This document shows, piece by piece, positions 37,750 to 50,569 of a stretch of DNA of 64,000 nt (position 1 is its first letter; each line of letters starts with the position of its first letter). Source of the DNA: Zygnema circumcarinatum SAG 698-1b (Eukaryota; Plantae; Zygnematophyceae); contig CM074810.1 in NCBI GenBank assembly GCA_037447605.1, positions 496,001-560,000 of the forward strand, written 5' to 3'. Position numbers and translations under genes: made by a program. Below the pieces are notes generated by a model, which was not told the DNA's origin, did no database searches, and worked only from the letters and a program-made list of their open reading frames with translations.

Positions 37750-39058
37750 TCCCTCCCTCCGTCCCTCCTCTCCCTCCCTCTCTCCCTCCCTTCCTCCCTT
37801 CCTCCCTTCTCTTCCTCCCTCTCTCCCTCCCTCCGTCCCTCCTCTCCCTCCACCTCTCCCTCCCTCCCTCCCTCCCTCCCTCCCTCTCTCCCTCCCTCCG
37901 TCCCTCCTCTCCCTCCCTCTCTCCCTCCCTTCCTCCCTTCCTCCCTTCTCTTCCTCCCTCTCTCCCTCCCTCCGTCCCTCCTCTCCCTCCACCTCTCCCT
38001 CCTCTCCCTCCCTCCCTCCCTCCCTCTCTCCCTCCCCCGTCCTCCTCTCCCTCCCTCTCTCCCTCCTCCGTCCCTCCTCTCCCTCCCCCTCCCCCTCTCC
38101 CTCCCTCCCCCCCTCCTCTCCCTCCCTCTCCCTCCCTCCCTCCCCTCCCGGCACTCCCTATGTCCCCACATAGGGAGTGCCGCTAGCCGCCTCCCCTCCC
38201 CGCGAGTAGCGCCACTGCTCGCACGCCCCGCAGCGGTCGGTCGCGTCCCTGTTCTCGAGAGTGCAGAACCTGCACGCCCACACTCGCATCTTTTTGGAAC
38301 TGCGCAGCGCCGCCGCCATGGCTGCCGCAGCGCCGCTCACATCGTTTCGTGGTTTCTCCGGCGGCCGCTTCGCTCCGCATGCATCGCAAAGCAAGGCCAG
38401 TGGCTGAACCCCAACAGACACAGAAAAACCCCAACACCACCACAACACCCCATATGGACCATTTTTCCAAAAGTAATGACAAGGGAGAGCAATGATTGAT
38501 TGGGACAAGTGGGGGGGAGAGGGAGGAGGAGGCACGCACAGATACGCACACAGCGGAAGTGCTAAAGAGAGAGGGAGGAAGTGGGGGGGGAGAGAGAGAG
38601 AGATTCTCAGGGCCACGTAACCAAGTAACCACTTACCCTATTCTCCAGCGTGCATGTCTCACATGCCCATCCGGAAACTTCTCCTCCGCCTTCCCCTCTC
38701 CTCTCCCTCTCTCTCTCCCTCTCACTTCCCCCCCAACTCTCCCTCCCTTCATTTCCTAAAAAGCCGCTCTCTCTCCTGCTTTCTGCAGCCGCCTTAGCCT
38801 GCCCTCCCCCCAATACACCTACATTGGATTCCCCTTTCCCATACAAACCTCTCCCAGGTATATCTCTCCCGTATGTGCCTCCCCCAGATGTGCCTCCTCC
38901 CTCACCTTCTCGTTTTCCCACCCCTACCCCAGATGCTCCCCCCCCAGAAACTGCCGAAGCTCTATTTTCCACAGGCAAAACCTCCCCCACTCCCCCTCCA
39001 TCTCCCTCCCTCTCCCTCTCCCTCTCTCCCTCTCCCTCCCCCTCCCTCCCTCCCTCTC
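37750..39058 (-). repeat. Tandem duplicate (1307-bp offset) of the WSS1 3' half: part of exon 3, last intron, last exon and 3' GA tract
   Basis: Identical ORF pairs at 38158-38616/39465-39923, 38183-38632/39490-39939 and 38496-38759/39803-40066. The breakpoint falls in CCCT-rich sequence at ~39058/40365. Confidence 0.9.
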
Positions 39059-39464
39059 TCCCTCCCTCCATCCCTCCTCTCCCTCCTCTCTCCCTCCCTT
39101 CCTCCCTTCCTCCCTTCTCTTCCTCCCTCTCTCCCTCCTCCGTCCCTCCTCTCCCTCCCTCCTCTCCCTCCCTCCCTCCCTCCCTCCCTCCCTCTCTCCC
39201 TCCCTCCATCCCTCCTCTCCCTCCCTCTCTCCCTCCCTTCCTTCCTCCCTTCTCTTCCTCCCTCTCTCCCTCCCCCCGTCCCTCCTCTCCCTCCACCTCT
39301 CCCTCCCTCCCTCCCCCTCCCTCCCTCCCTCTCTCCCTCCCCCGTCCTCCTCTCTCCCTCCCTCTCTCCCTCCCTCCATCCCTCCTCTCCCTCCCCTCCC
39401 CCTCTCCCTCCCTCCCCCCCTCCTCTCCCTCCCTCTCCCTCCCTCCCTCCCCTCCCGGCACTCC

Positions 39465-41535
39465 CTATGTCCCCACATAGGGAGTGCCGCTAGCCGCCTC
39501 CCCTCCCCGCGAGTAGCGCCACTGCTCGCACGCCCCGCAGCGGTCGGTCGCGTCCCTGTTCTCGAGAGTGCAGAACCTGCACGCCCACACTCGCATCTTT
39601 TTGGAACTGCGCAGCGCCGCCGCCATGGCTGCCGCAGCGCCGCTCACATCGTTTCGTGGTTTCTCCGGCGGCCGCTTCGCTCCGCATGCATCGCAAAGCA
39701 AGGCCAGTGGCTGAACCCCAACAGACACAGAAAAACCCCAACACCACCACAACACCCCATATGGACCATTTTTCCAAAAGTAATGACAAGGGAGAGCAAT
39801 GATTGATTGGGACAAGTGGGGGGGAGAGGGAGGAGGAGGCACGCACAGATACGCACACAGCGGAAGTGCTAAAGAGAGAGGGAGGAAGTGGGGGGGGAGA
39901 GAGAGAGAGATTCTCAGGGCCACGTAACCAAGTAACCACTTACCCTATTCTCCAGCGTGCATGTCTCACATGCCCATCCGGAAACTTCTCCTCCGCCTTC
40001 CCCTCTCCTCTCCCTCTCTCTCTCCCTCTCACTTCCCCCCCAACTCTCCCTCCCTTCATTTCCTAAAAAGCCGCTCTCTCTCCTGCTTTCTGCAGCCGCC
40101 TTAGCCTGCCCTCCCCCCAATACACCTACATTGGATTCCCCTTTCCCATACAAACCTCTCCCAGGTATATCTCTCCCGTATGTGCCTCCCCCAGATGTGC
40201 CTCCTCCCTCACCTTCTCGTTTTCCCACCCCTACCCCAGATGCTCCCCCCCCAGAAACTGCCGAAGCTCTATTTTCCACAGGCAAAACCTCCCCCACTCC
40301 CCCTCCATCTCCCTCCCTCTCCCTCTCCCTCTCTCCCTCTCCCTCCCCCTCCCTCCCTCCCTCTCCCTCTCGTTCGGTCTCCCTCGCCCTCTGCTCCCCA
40401 TCGGGCCCTGCTGTCTTCTCTCCCGCGCACCAAAGGTCGTCTCGGAGCCTTCTTTCGGCAGCCATGGCCGCAGCTTGAATAGGGCTTAAAGCACTTGAAA
40501 TGTGACGATCTCCGCCCAATCGGCGGCCGCCACTTGGCATGATCCTGGCCGTCTGTGCCCGCTTCTCGGCAGCGATGGCTGCCGCGTGTTGCAGGGCTTG
40601 TCGGGACTTGGGACCTCTGCCCTCCCCTAGACGCTGTCCAGGTGCACTGAACCCTCCTGCAAGCAGCTCCTCACATTCCTGCAAAACACATGCAATTTAA
40701 AAGAAGGGGGGGGAAGGGGGGGAAGGGGAAGACTTGCATGTCAACAACCAATCATATGGTAAAGACATGAAAGTCAACGGCTAGGTAGAATCATATTTGT
40801 GATGATGGAAAGCTATAGACGTAAAAAACTGTAGCAGAGTCAAAGATTAGGAATGCTTCTTTACGGATTTTTTAAGGAAAAGGTTGAAGGCAACTGAAGG
40901 TTGAGCTCTCGGTCGATTATAGAGTTTACATGCAGAGAGAGTTAAGCTGCGTTGCTTAACCTTTGTGATCTCGTCGAGCAGTTTGTAAAACTGCGCATCG
41001 TGGGGGCCCCGCTCGTTGTGAACGAGCTCGTGCAGCATTGTGCCCAGAATGTGTTCGTACGGAAAAAAACTCCTCTCGTCTTTCTGCCGCCGTAAGCGAA
41101 TTTTGATTTCTTGGCCGCCGCCCACATTTAATCCCAAAAGCGCTGGATTCGCAGGGCTGCCAGAAAAAAAAAAAAAAAAAAAATGCCAGAAAAATGTTAA
41201 AAAACCCACATGCATCGTGATGCGATGGGATGGACATGAACGACCCCATCAGCCTCAATTCTGCATGCAGATTTTGTGAGCATATTATGAACAAATGGGT
41301 TCAACCCCATCCAACCCCATCCAACCCTGTTCAACCTCACCAAAGAATCCTCATAGAAAGGAACCAATACCCCCAAAGAGTATTCCATTTTTTCCCAAAA
41401 TACGCCCAAGTTATCCACAATCTTGAAAGCTCCAACCAAATGCACGCACCCGAGCCACTATCGCCTCTCTCTCTCTCTCTGTCTCTCTCTCTCTCCCTCT
41501 CTCTGTCTCTCTCTCTCCCTCTCTCCCTCTCTCTG

Positions 41536-41567
<32 letters not shown>

Positions 41568-41959
41568 CTCTCTCTCTACCACTCGTCTCTCTCTCGCGTA
41601 TCAGTCTATTCCGACATCTCTATGTAAATTTGTTTTGCGAGCAATCATCCTCCATTCCTCCTTCATCCGTAACACTCAGTTTCAATTTCATTTCATTCCA
41701 TTCGCTGTTTATTAAATTTGATTCCCATCACGTTTCCTTGTTTTTTCTATTTTTGTTTTTAAATTCACATTTTCTCCCCCATCCCCGACCTGAACTCCGA
41801 GAGCAGCATGACCCGCCAGCGCCTTTTCCGCATAATTGGCGCCACGTCATCGGCCGCGCGCTGCAGCAGGCGCCGCGCCTCGTCGTCGCGATGGCCGCCA
41901 CGTGTCACGATCTCCCACACCTTGTCCAGGTAGCCGTTCTCCAGGGAGGCGATAGGCAT
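39465..41959 (-). CDS. WSS1: WLM-domain DNA-dependent metalloprotease with two RanBP2-type zinc fingers
   Basis: Exons 41959-41790, 41156-40961, 40678-39944, 39710-39465. VAPIMRKRRWRV..LSEFSPANPALLGLNVGGG..IKIRLR; TMLHELVHNERGPHDAQFY (HExxH); WACETCTLENR|PLALLCDAC and WACRFCTLENRDATDRCGAC. Confidence 0.92.
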
Positions 41960-43853
41960 GCTGGGAGCGGCGGGAGAGAGGGGGAGGGAGGGAGGGAGGG
42001 ACAGGAGACGAGGGAGGAGAGTAGGGAGTATGGAGGGTGGAGAGACGGAATGGAGGGAGAGAGAGAGAGAGAAAGGAGGAGGGAGGGAGAAGGGAGAAGA
42101 AAAAGAAGGGAAAGGAGAGGGAGCGCGTGCGAGAGAGAGAGAGAGAGACAGAGACAGAGAAAGGGACCAGGAGAGGGAGAGGAGAGAAAGGAATTTTTGC
42201 GTTTATTCCAAATAGAAGAATTTGCTCGTCGTAAGAGTTTATTGGGAAGATATTTTAATCTGTGGAATTGGGATGTTCGCAGAATTGCAACCTGTGGGAG
42301 CCGCTCCCTCTCTCTCTGCTCTATGTCTCTCTCATTTCCCTCCCTCCTCCCCTCTCCCCCCTCCTCTCTCTCCCCCCGCCCTCTCCTCTCTCACCGAATC
42401 AATTTCCACTTAGAAATCCAGAAAATGCGAAGTTACAGGTTCGTCGTTTTGGAGCGAAGGAAACTTTCTTCAAGGCATCCATCGCTAGGGAATTACCAGG
42501 AAGCATCGCCGAAGCTTCAAGACGAAGCTCGGGAAGCTCCACCTACGATCCACCGCCGGCACGTTTGTCGTATTGGTAATTTATATCGATACGATATATC
42601 TTGTAGGTTCGGACGACATATCGTATGAGTAACGATATATCGGTCTGTCCTGAGGGAGGTTGCTTCTCTCCAAACCCTCGTCCGGAAAAAAAAAACATAT
42701 ATATATAACGGAGAAAAGCGGTTGCCTATGCCACGTGGCTGCCTTGCATGACGCCACGTGGCTTCTTACGTGGCGCCACGTGGTGAAATTCTGTGAGTCA
42801 CGCAGCCCTGTCTGGCCCTCTTCTTTGAGCGCTACCTCACCTTCCGGGGAGGCTTCCTCGCTGCCGCCATGGAGGCCATCCGCCAGAGGGAGTGGCGGTG
42901 AAGGCGGATCTGGAAAGGATGTGAGACTCTACCCTCTCTCTCCTCTCTCTCTCTCTCTCGTTCTTCTCTCTCTCTCTCTCTCTCCCCCTCTCTCTCTCTC
43001 CCACTCTCTCTTCCCCCATCTCTCTCACTATCTCCCTCTCCCCTCTCTCTCCCCACTCCCCTCTCCCCTCTCTCCTCTCTCTCTCTCTCTCCCCCCTCTC
43101 TTTATCTCCATCTATCTCTCTTCCCCCCCCTCTTTCTCTCTCTCTCTCGCTCTCTCTATCTCCATTTCCCCCTTTCTCACCCTCCCTCCCTCCCTCGCAC
43201 CTTCTTCCCTTTCTCTCGCCTCCCTCTTCCTTCTTCCCATCGCCCTCCTTTGGGTGGTTCGGTCATGAGCGAGTTTCTTGGTTTTTGGTTTGCGAAGTTT
43301 TGGAGTACGACGCTCTTGTCAGAGGTGTTCTTGCAAATAAATGTGATGCTGAAAATGTGTGATGAGAGGCATCATTCCAGTCGAAGCATTACCATCAAGA
43401 TTAGCAGAATTGAAAATTGTGATTCGATGAGGGCAAACATAATTTGGACTTTAAGAAATGATGGGGTTTCGGTGGGTTTTTTCTGATTAAACTTGAGTAC
43501 CCATAATGTTATTATGTTTTAAATGGGTATGGAGAATTAGATACTTTCATTGTGCTTAACGTCGGAAAAATCGCCTAAAATATTGAAGAAGTTAATTAGT
43601 TAAAAATAAATTAATTGATTAATTAAATTAATTTATGCTCATGTTTGCATTCCCTTTCTCGTTGTTTGCAAGCATGACCTCGAACCAAACCTCATTGTTC
43701 CTAAGAAAAAAAAAATGGCATTCCTAAAACTTTTCCTTAATTCAACCTTCATATCTATAAGACCGTCCCTTACTCCCATTTCGCTCTCCTGCAGATCTTC
43801 CTCTCGCCCAATCAACCTCCAACCTTTTGAACTAAAAGAGAATCCGAACAAAA

Positions 43854-44633
43854 ATGGAAGAAAAAAATGACGTATTGAAGATGAAAGATTCTCTCGAAGA
43901 CTCTTTTTTGGCTGCTCTCGACGCTGCAGAGGAGGTGATTAGAGCTCAGAATGAGCTCCACGTGGCGCTTCAAGATGGGTTCTTTGACCTTACTAGGGCG
44001 CGCTACAACATGGGCCCTCTCCGTGTGGGCAAACTGCAATGGAGCGAGCGTTCCATGTCGGCGCTTTCCGTTATAAACGTTGAACTGAACAGCGCTTCAT
44101 CTGAATGCAATGAAAGGAACAAAACCCAATTGGGAGAACTTGTGAATGCTCCTTCAGGGGGGAGTTTCGGATTGAAATTAGGGGTTGGACCGGCGGTTTT
44201 TAGGTTGGAAAAAGTGGGCTCGGATGCAGTGATTGAGTCAAAAGATGGTGGTGAGTCAAAAGAGGGTGAGAGCATAGGTGGAGAGGGTCTACGACAAAGG
44301 CGGCAGAGAAGGGCAAATGAAGGAGAGACTGTAGGGAAGGAGAGAGGAGGAGAGGGAGAAGAGGGTTTGGACGATGAGAGGTCATCGGTTCAAACCTCTA
44401 CGAGTGCAGCTAGTAGTGAAGGGGATGCTGCTTCTTCTTCAAAGAAGAGGGAGGACCCACTTCGGTGGTTTGGAGGGCTCGTTCCTCCGAGTTTGAGGGA
44501 GGCGCAGGGGAAGTTTCTGAGAGCGGTTGAGTGCGTTGTGGATGTAGCGAGTGCTAAAGAGCAGCTGCGAGTGAAGATGGCTAATTACATGGAGATGAGA
44601 AGCAGCAGCAGCAGCAGCAGCAGCTTTAGTTGA
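43854..44633 (+). CDS. VMA22: V-ATPase assembly factor Vma22/CCDC115
   Basis: Single-exon ORF: LQDGFFDLTRARYNMG near the N-terminus; DPLRWFGGLVPPSLREAQGKF near the C-terminus. Confidence 0.88.
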   Translation: MEEKNDVLKMKDSLEDSFLAALDAAEEVIRAQNELHVALQDGFFDLTRARYNMGPLRVGKLQWSERSMSALSVINVELNSASSECNERNKTQLGELVNAPSGGSFGLKLGVGPAVFRLEKVGSDAVIESKDGGESKEGESIGGEGLRQRRQRRANEGETVGKERGGEGEEGLDDERSSVQTSTSAASSEGDAASSSKKREDPLRWFGGLVPPSLREAQGKFLRAVECVVDVASAKEQLRVKMANYMEMRSSSSSSSSFS

Positions 44634-45255
44634 CCGGTTGGTCAACCAAATGGAATGAAAACTTGTATATGGTCGAGGGGCATCTTCTGGTTTTGAATCA
44701 TGAAGAATAGATGAGTCCGTTGGTTTCTCTTTTTTTATTGATATACATGCAAGCATGCATGCATGCATTGCCATCTCATAACTCACTGTTGTTTCCTCTT
44801 CACAAGATTACAATACAACGGATAAGCCTCAGAACCAGAGCAGAAAGAAGGCCATAAATTGGGCACTTTTTGAAAGGTTAACAGACACCGCCTTCAGTCT
44901 CAGTTGCAGTTCCAGTTACAGTTCCAGTTCCCGTATTGCATTTCCGTGTCAACGAGTACAATCTAACACCATCTCTTTCCATGCACCTCCCCTTCCCAAA
45001 CCTTAAAATCATCAGAGTGCCGCCCAAACCCCCCCTTCCTACAAATACAAAAAATAGCCACCATTCCTCGGGAGAGTGGAGAAAGTCTCCCCCCCTTTCT
45101 CTCTCTCTTTCCCTCTCTCTAAACGGAGCTACTCTTCCCCCTCCCCCTCTCTCTTCCCCTCTCTTCCTCCCTCTCCCCCCTCTCTCACTCGCTCTCCTGC
45201 ATTAAGGGTTAGGGTTTCGACGCCTGCACTCTCCCTCTCTATTTCCCAACCGTTT

Positions 45256-46430
45256 TCACCGCAAATTTCTGTCCAAAAACTCGAAAATCCTCTCCTCCAT
45301 ATACATCCTGTCCCTGATCCCCCTCGGCATGTGTCTCTCATCCGGAAAAATCAACAAGTCGTACTCCTTTGCAGCCGCCGTGAGCGAGTTAATGAGCCTT
45401 GCAGTGTGGCGGAAATGCACATTTTCATCGATCATTCCGTGAACCAACATGAGCCGCCCCTGGATGGACCCCACGTGATGCATAACGGAACTGCGCTCAT
45501 AGATCGCGGAGTTCAGTCCCGGGAGACCCATGTACCGTTCCGTATAGTGAGTATCATAGCCGTCCCATGCAGTTACAGGGGCACCCGAAACGGCACATTT
45601 AAAGAGGCGAGGGCATCTTGCAAGGGCCATGGCTGCCATGTAGCCGCCATAGCTCCATCCATAGATTCCTATTCTTCCGGGATCAGCTAACCCTTTAGAT
45701 ATGAGAAAGTGGACTCCGGTTTCTTGATCTTCCACATCCACTTGACCCATGTTTTGTTTGATCGCGCCTTCAAATTTCAAGCCTCGGCGCGCGCTTCCAC
45801 GGTTGTCCAGCTGTCAGCGTACCATTGGCGGAGGGGGACAGGCAACATGGAAAGGCTTCAGTTTAACGGAGAGGAAACGGTCGCACACATGCATGAATGG
45901 AAGGCTCGAATCCGTGAATCGAGTTCCGTGACTTCAATATTTGCTCAAAGTTAGGGTTCGTTTCAGGTTTAGGGCTTGCTTCAAGTTTAGGGTTTTGCTT
46001 GAAATTTAGGGTTTGCTTCCAACCTAGAGGGAGAGGAGAGGGAGAGGGAGAGGGAGAGGGAGAGGCTCCCACCTTCCACACGAGAATCCCGCGGCTCCGC
46101 AGATACTGCGCGCGCATGTCCACAGTGGTCATCCACGTGTTGCAGACGGTCTGCACGTGGGGCCCTCCGTACACACTCACGACCGTACGGTACGGAGGAG
46201 GCCCAAACACTTTCGGATCCGGCCTGATGCAGTCCAGAACAAAGGGTCAGGATTTAGGGTTTTAATAATTTGAAAATTGGACGAATTTTGGATTTCAATA
46301 TAAACAGCACACAGTTCTGAAGGTACCTGAAATAAGGAAGAGGGTGGGGAGGGGGAAGGGGAGGGGGAGGGGAATGGAGGAACCCAGATAGCGAGGAGAC
46401 AAGTAGGAGAGAGGGAGAGAGGGGGAGAGA

Positions 46431-46476
<46 letters not shown>

Positions 46477-49400
46477 CACTCACTTGTACATGGCTCCGTA
46501 GAGCACTGTCCCATCCGCGGCATTGAGAGCCACTATCTCGGGAGGAGTGAGCTGAAGCCTCCTCACTCTCACATTGGGTGTGGGTTGCTCATATATGGGC
46601 AGCAAAACCCTCCCATCCTCCAAGGAGCAGAGAGACACGTGTGGAGGGGTTTCTAAACTGTCATGAATATCCACAAATCGCTGCAACTGATGGTCCAACA
46701 CTACCACATGTCGCCCCTTTCCATGTGTCAGTTTCTTCGGTTTCCATGCGGCAGTTCCGGGCTCCGTCACCAGTTTTGTGGAGTAGAGATGAGTCTCCAA
46801 AGGGCTTTCTAGGGTTGATGTGAAATACACAATTCCGGAATTTTCATCTACTCCTGCTACCTGCTCTACCATCCACTCTCCCTCAGTGAGAGGCCCCACA
46901 CATGCTCCCTCCTTATCATGCACATAAAGATGTCGAAATCCGGTCTTTTCACTGGCCCATATAAACCCACCAGCCAACCTCCCTACCCCTTTATGAAGCG
47001 GAGTAAAACACTCATGCAAATTCACCCAAGTGCTATTTTCCTCGACCAAAAGAAGCTTCCTTTCCCCTGTATTTGGGTCGAATTTCAGCAGTTTCAGCTT
47101 TGTCTGTTCCCTATTTTGAACTTGAGCTGTTAAACTCCCATCCGGCATCCAAGCCACCCTAGCAAGATACTCCTCCTCCTCATACAAAGGCCCCCCCAAT
47201 CCACAATGCAGGTCCATCCATTGAACTTCTCCTCCCTCTGCTGAAATTACCCCCAATCTAACCTTCACATTTGCCTGCCCTGTGAAGGGATATGCATGAT
47301 CTTCCTCTGCCTCTGAACCCACACTCGGCTTCCCCTGATGCATGATGCGGAAGGCGGGAATGCCGGTAGAGTCAACCTCAGTAAAGGCCAAAAGTTTCCC
47401 ATCTTGAGACCACCAAAATCCGTTCCTTCTCTCCATTTCTTCCTGGAAAAAGGCAGTAAATTTGTGCTGATTAGGTTCAAGCAAGAGAGGGAGGGGCGCG
47501 GGGAGGGAGGGAGGGGGGAAGGAGAGGGGAAGGGAGGAAGGGAGGGCGAGGGAGAGGGAGAGGGAGAGGGGGCGGGAGGGGAGTGAGAGGGAGTGGAGAG
47601 GGAGAGGGAGAGGGAGAGGGTGAGGGAGAGGGAGAGGGACAGGGAGAGGGGGGCAGTAGGGGAGGGAGGAAGGGAGGGAGACGGGGGCAGAGGGGGAGGG
47701 GGAGGGAGAGGGGGCAGGGGGAGGGGAGGGAGATCCTAATCAGGAACTCAATTAGGGGTTCAAGATATCCTAAGATTGTGGATTTTGAGAGTGGTTTGGT
47801 CCGTGACAGCTCACCTGGGCAATATATTCTGCAAGTCCATGTGTCTGCAGAGAAAGAAAAATAGGAAAGAAAAGGAAGAGAGAAACCACTTCCAATGAGT
47901 CAAGTCGCTCAGAATTTGGGTGAAACTTTTGCAAACTTAAATACTATTTCGTGTCACGTCTCATCGCATCACCAGAAATTGGTCTAATCGATGTGTAGCT
48001 AAGCTCTCTCCTCCCCACGCTCTCTGCTTAACATACTCTCGCTTCTCCCCCCCGTTCCCCACTTTTCCCACTCCTCCCTCCCTCCCCCCCCTCGCTCCTT
48101 CTCCTCCTCCTCATCAACCCCCCCCGTTCCCCATCTTCCCCACTCCTCTCCCCCTCCATCCCTTTTCTCCCCCCCCCACACCTTCCCCTTTGCCCCCCCC
48201 CCCCTCTCTCTCCCTCCCCCTCCCCTCTGGGCCTCCCCCTCCCCCCCCCTTCCCCTTTGGACTTCCCCCTCCCCACCCATTACCCTTTGGACCTCCCCCT
48301 CCTCCTCCCACCCCTTCCCCTTTAAGCCTCCCCCTCATCTTCTCCTTTGTGCCGCCCCCTCTCCCTCCCGCCCCCTCCCCTCCCTCTCCCCCCCCCTCAC
48401 CGTGCCCAGCCTCTTCGCCCCGAAGGTGAGTTGCCGCGGGTCCCCCTCCCCCCCCGGCACGACGCAGAGCTCGTCGTCCCTCACGAAGGCGACCGCCCCC
48501 CCGTCGGGCGCCATCTGCGGGTCGAGGAGGGGCGCGCCCGCGGAGGCCGCCACGCGCAGCCGCAGCTCCGCGCCGGGACCGTCCTGGACGTAGATCTGAG
48601 GGAGGGCCGGAATATGGAGAATGGAGAATGGTGAATGGTGAATGGAGAATGGAGAATGGAGAATGATGAATGGAGAATGGGGACACATCAGGGCCTAGGT
48701 ATGGTTTTTGTTGATTAGTTTTGAGTTTTATGATAGTTTTTGACGTTTCGTTGATGGAATGGGGAGGGGTTGGGTCTGGACAGCGGAATCGCAGTTCATA
48801 GGGAGGGTTCTGGGGATTTATTCACGGGTTTGGTTCTTGATAGTGGGTCCGGGGGAAGGTTTTGGGATTAGGGGGAGGAGGTAGGGGTGGGGGTTGGGGG
48901 GGGAAGAGCAAGGGAGGGAATAAATATGGGTTTGAATTTCGTGTTGATTTTGATGAGCATTAATAGAATTTCGATAGAGGTCAACATGGTGGATCTCCAA
49001 TACTCCCAAAAGAGGGAAATGTTAAGACTCTGCATCCCCACTTCGGAAGCCTTTGCTTCTCTGTTCCTTTTAAAAGTAATACATTCACAAGCTTCACTAG
49101 GGTGAGCTAAAAAAATAACATAAAGGATACTAAGAAAGGACTAGTTTATCTTACTAAAACTTGGACAAGTAACGACCCACAAACAATAAAGAATCAAAGA
49201 AAGACCATAGAGTCAGAGCAGAAAAGGTCATGCAAACCAGGCAAACACCAAACTGAACCTAGACAGCCTCTGGGCCAACTGCAGACCAAAAACAGACCGG
49301 ATCCCGCCCAGGATAAGCCCCAATTGTTCCAAAAACTTGTCGAAAAGAAACCCACACGCAATCCCAACCAAATCAAAATGCAGAGAGAGAGAGAGAGAGA

Positions 49401-50064
49401 GGGGAGGAGAGAGAGAGAGGGAGAGAAAGAACCCAAATGGAGAAAGGCTCACCCCCCCGGGCAGCGGCACCAAAATTCTCGCGACGGCCCCATTCTTCGA
49501 CCAGTCGTAGCGCGTCACCCCCAGCCCCCTCTCCCTCAGCCTCTCCCTCCTGAGCTTCTCCGCAGTGGAGATATTCCCTTCATCCACTCCCCCTCCGGGA
49601 GGAGTCACCAGCAGCCTCTGCTGCCTTGTTTTCGGGTCAAACGAAAAGAGTTTCCTGCTTAGAGTTCCCTCCGGAGAAAAGAGATAAGAAATAATTTTAT
49701 CATCCGGACTGAAACTCACAGCAGCAGGAGCCACATAGCCAGGAAGTGGGTGCTGCACAATGTCTTCCACAGGGAAGCGGCGGAGGTCTTTATCTGGGAG
49801 AGAATTGGAAGAGGAGGGAGAGGGAGAGGGGGAGGAGGAAGGGAGAGGGATGGAGGGGGCGGCGAAGGGTGACGGGGAGGAGGTGGGGTAGGGAGTGAGG
49901 GGCAGGGAGGAGGGGCGGGGAAGGGAGGTTGGAGGAGGAGGGATGGAGAGGGAGGGAGCAGGGGAGGGGAGGGGGAGGGAGGGAGAGGGAGAGGAAGAGG
50001 CAGAGAGGGAGTGGGAGGGGGAGGGGGAGGGGGTGACTTGGCTGTCTAGAGCAGTGAGTGTCAT
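45256..50064 (-). CDS. Dipeptidyl peptidase IV family (S9B) serine peptidase, no obvious N-terminal membrane anchor
   Basis: [15 protein letters not shown]; EEYLARVAW; GFRHLY; VYGGPHVQ; catalytic [16 protein letters not shown] and ERHMPR motifs intact; [16 protein letters not shown] in the first exon. Confidence 0.93.
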
Positions 50065-50569
50065 TCTCGGAAATTTTAGGGTTTGAATTTTGAGGTAGCG
50101 GTCAGACGGAAAACATTTTGGGTTTTGGGGGAGAAGCAGAGCATAGAAACGTTCAGCTATCAATTAGGGTTTGAAAAGAGGGGGGGAAACGGATTTCTAT
50201 GGGAAAGAAGGTAATGAGCCTATCGCATAAGCGGATAACTGAAGCGCTAGAATTCCCAAAATCTCTCTCCCTCTCCTTTCCTTTATACCACTTTCTCTCT
50301 CTCTCTTCTCTCTGCTCCGCCTCCCACACATGCAAACCCTAAAAACCCTAAAAGGTTCTCAAAACCGGGAAATCTCCGCAGACATGCTTCTATTTTCAAT
50401 GAAATTCAAAATTAGAAGTGAAATTTGGACTCTTTTGACCAAATTACGGCGCCCCACATCACGCTTTCTGCCCTCCTCCTCCGCGAGGTGAAGGTAACAG
50501 GTGGCAGGGAGACAGACCGCGAGTAGTTAACTGCCCAGCGGCTCACCCCTTCGCCTTTCAAACCCTAAT

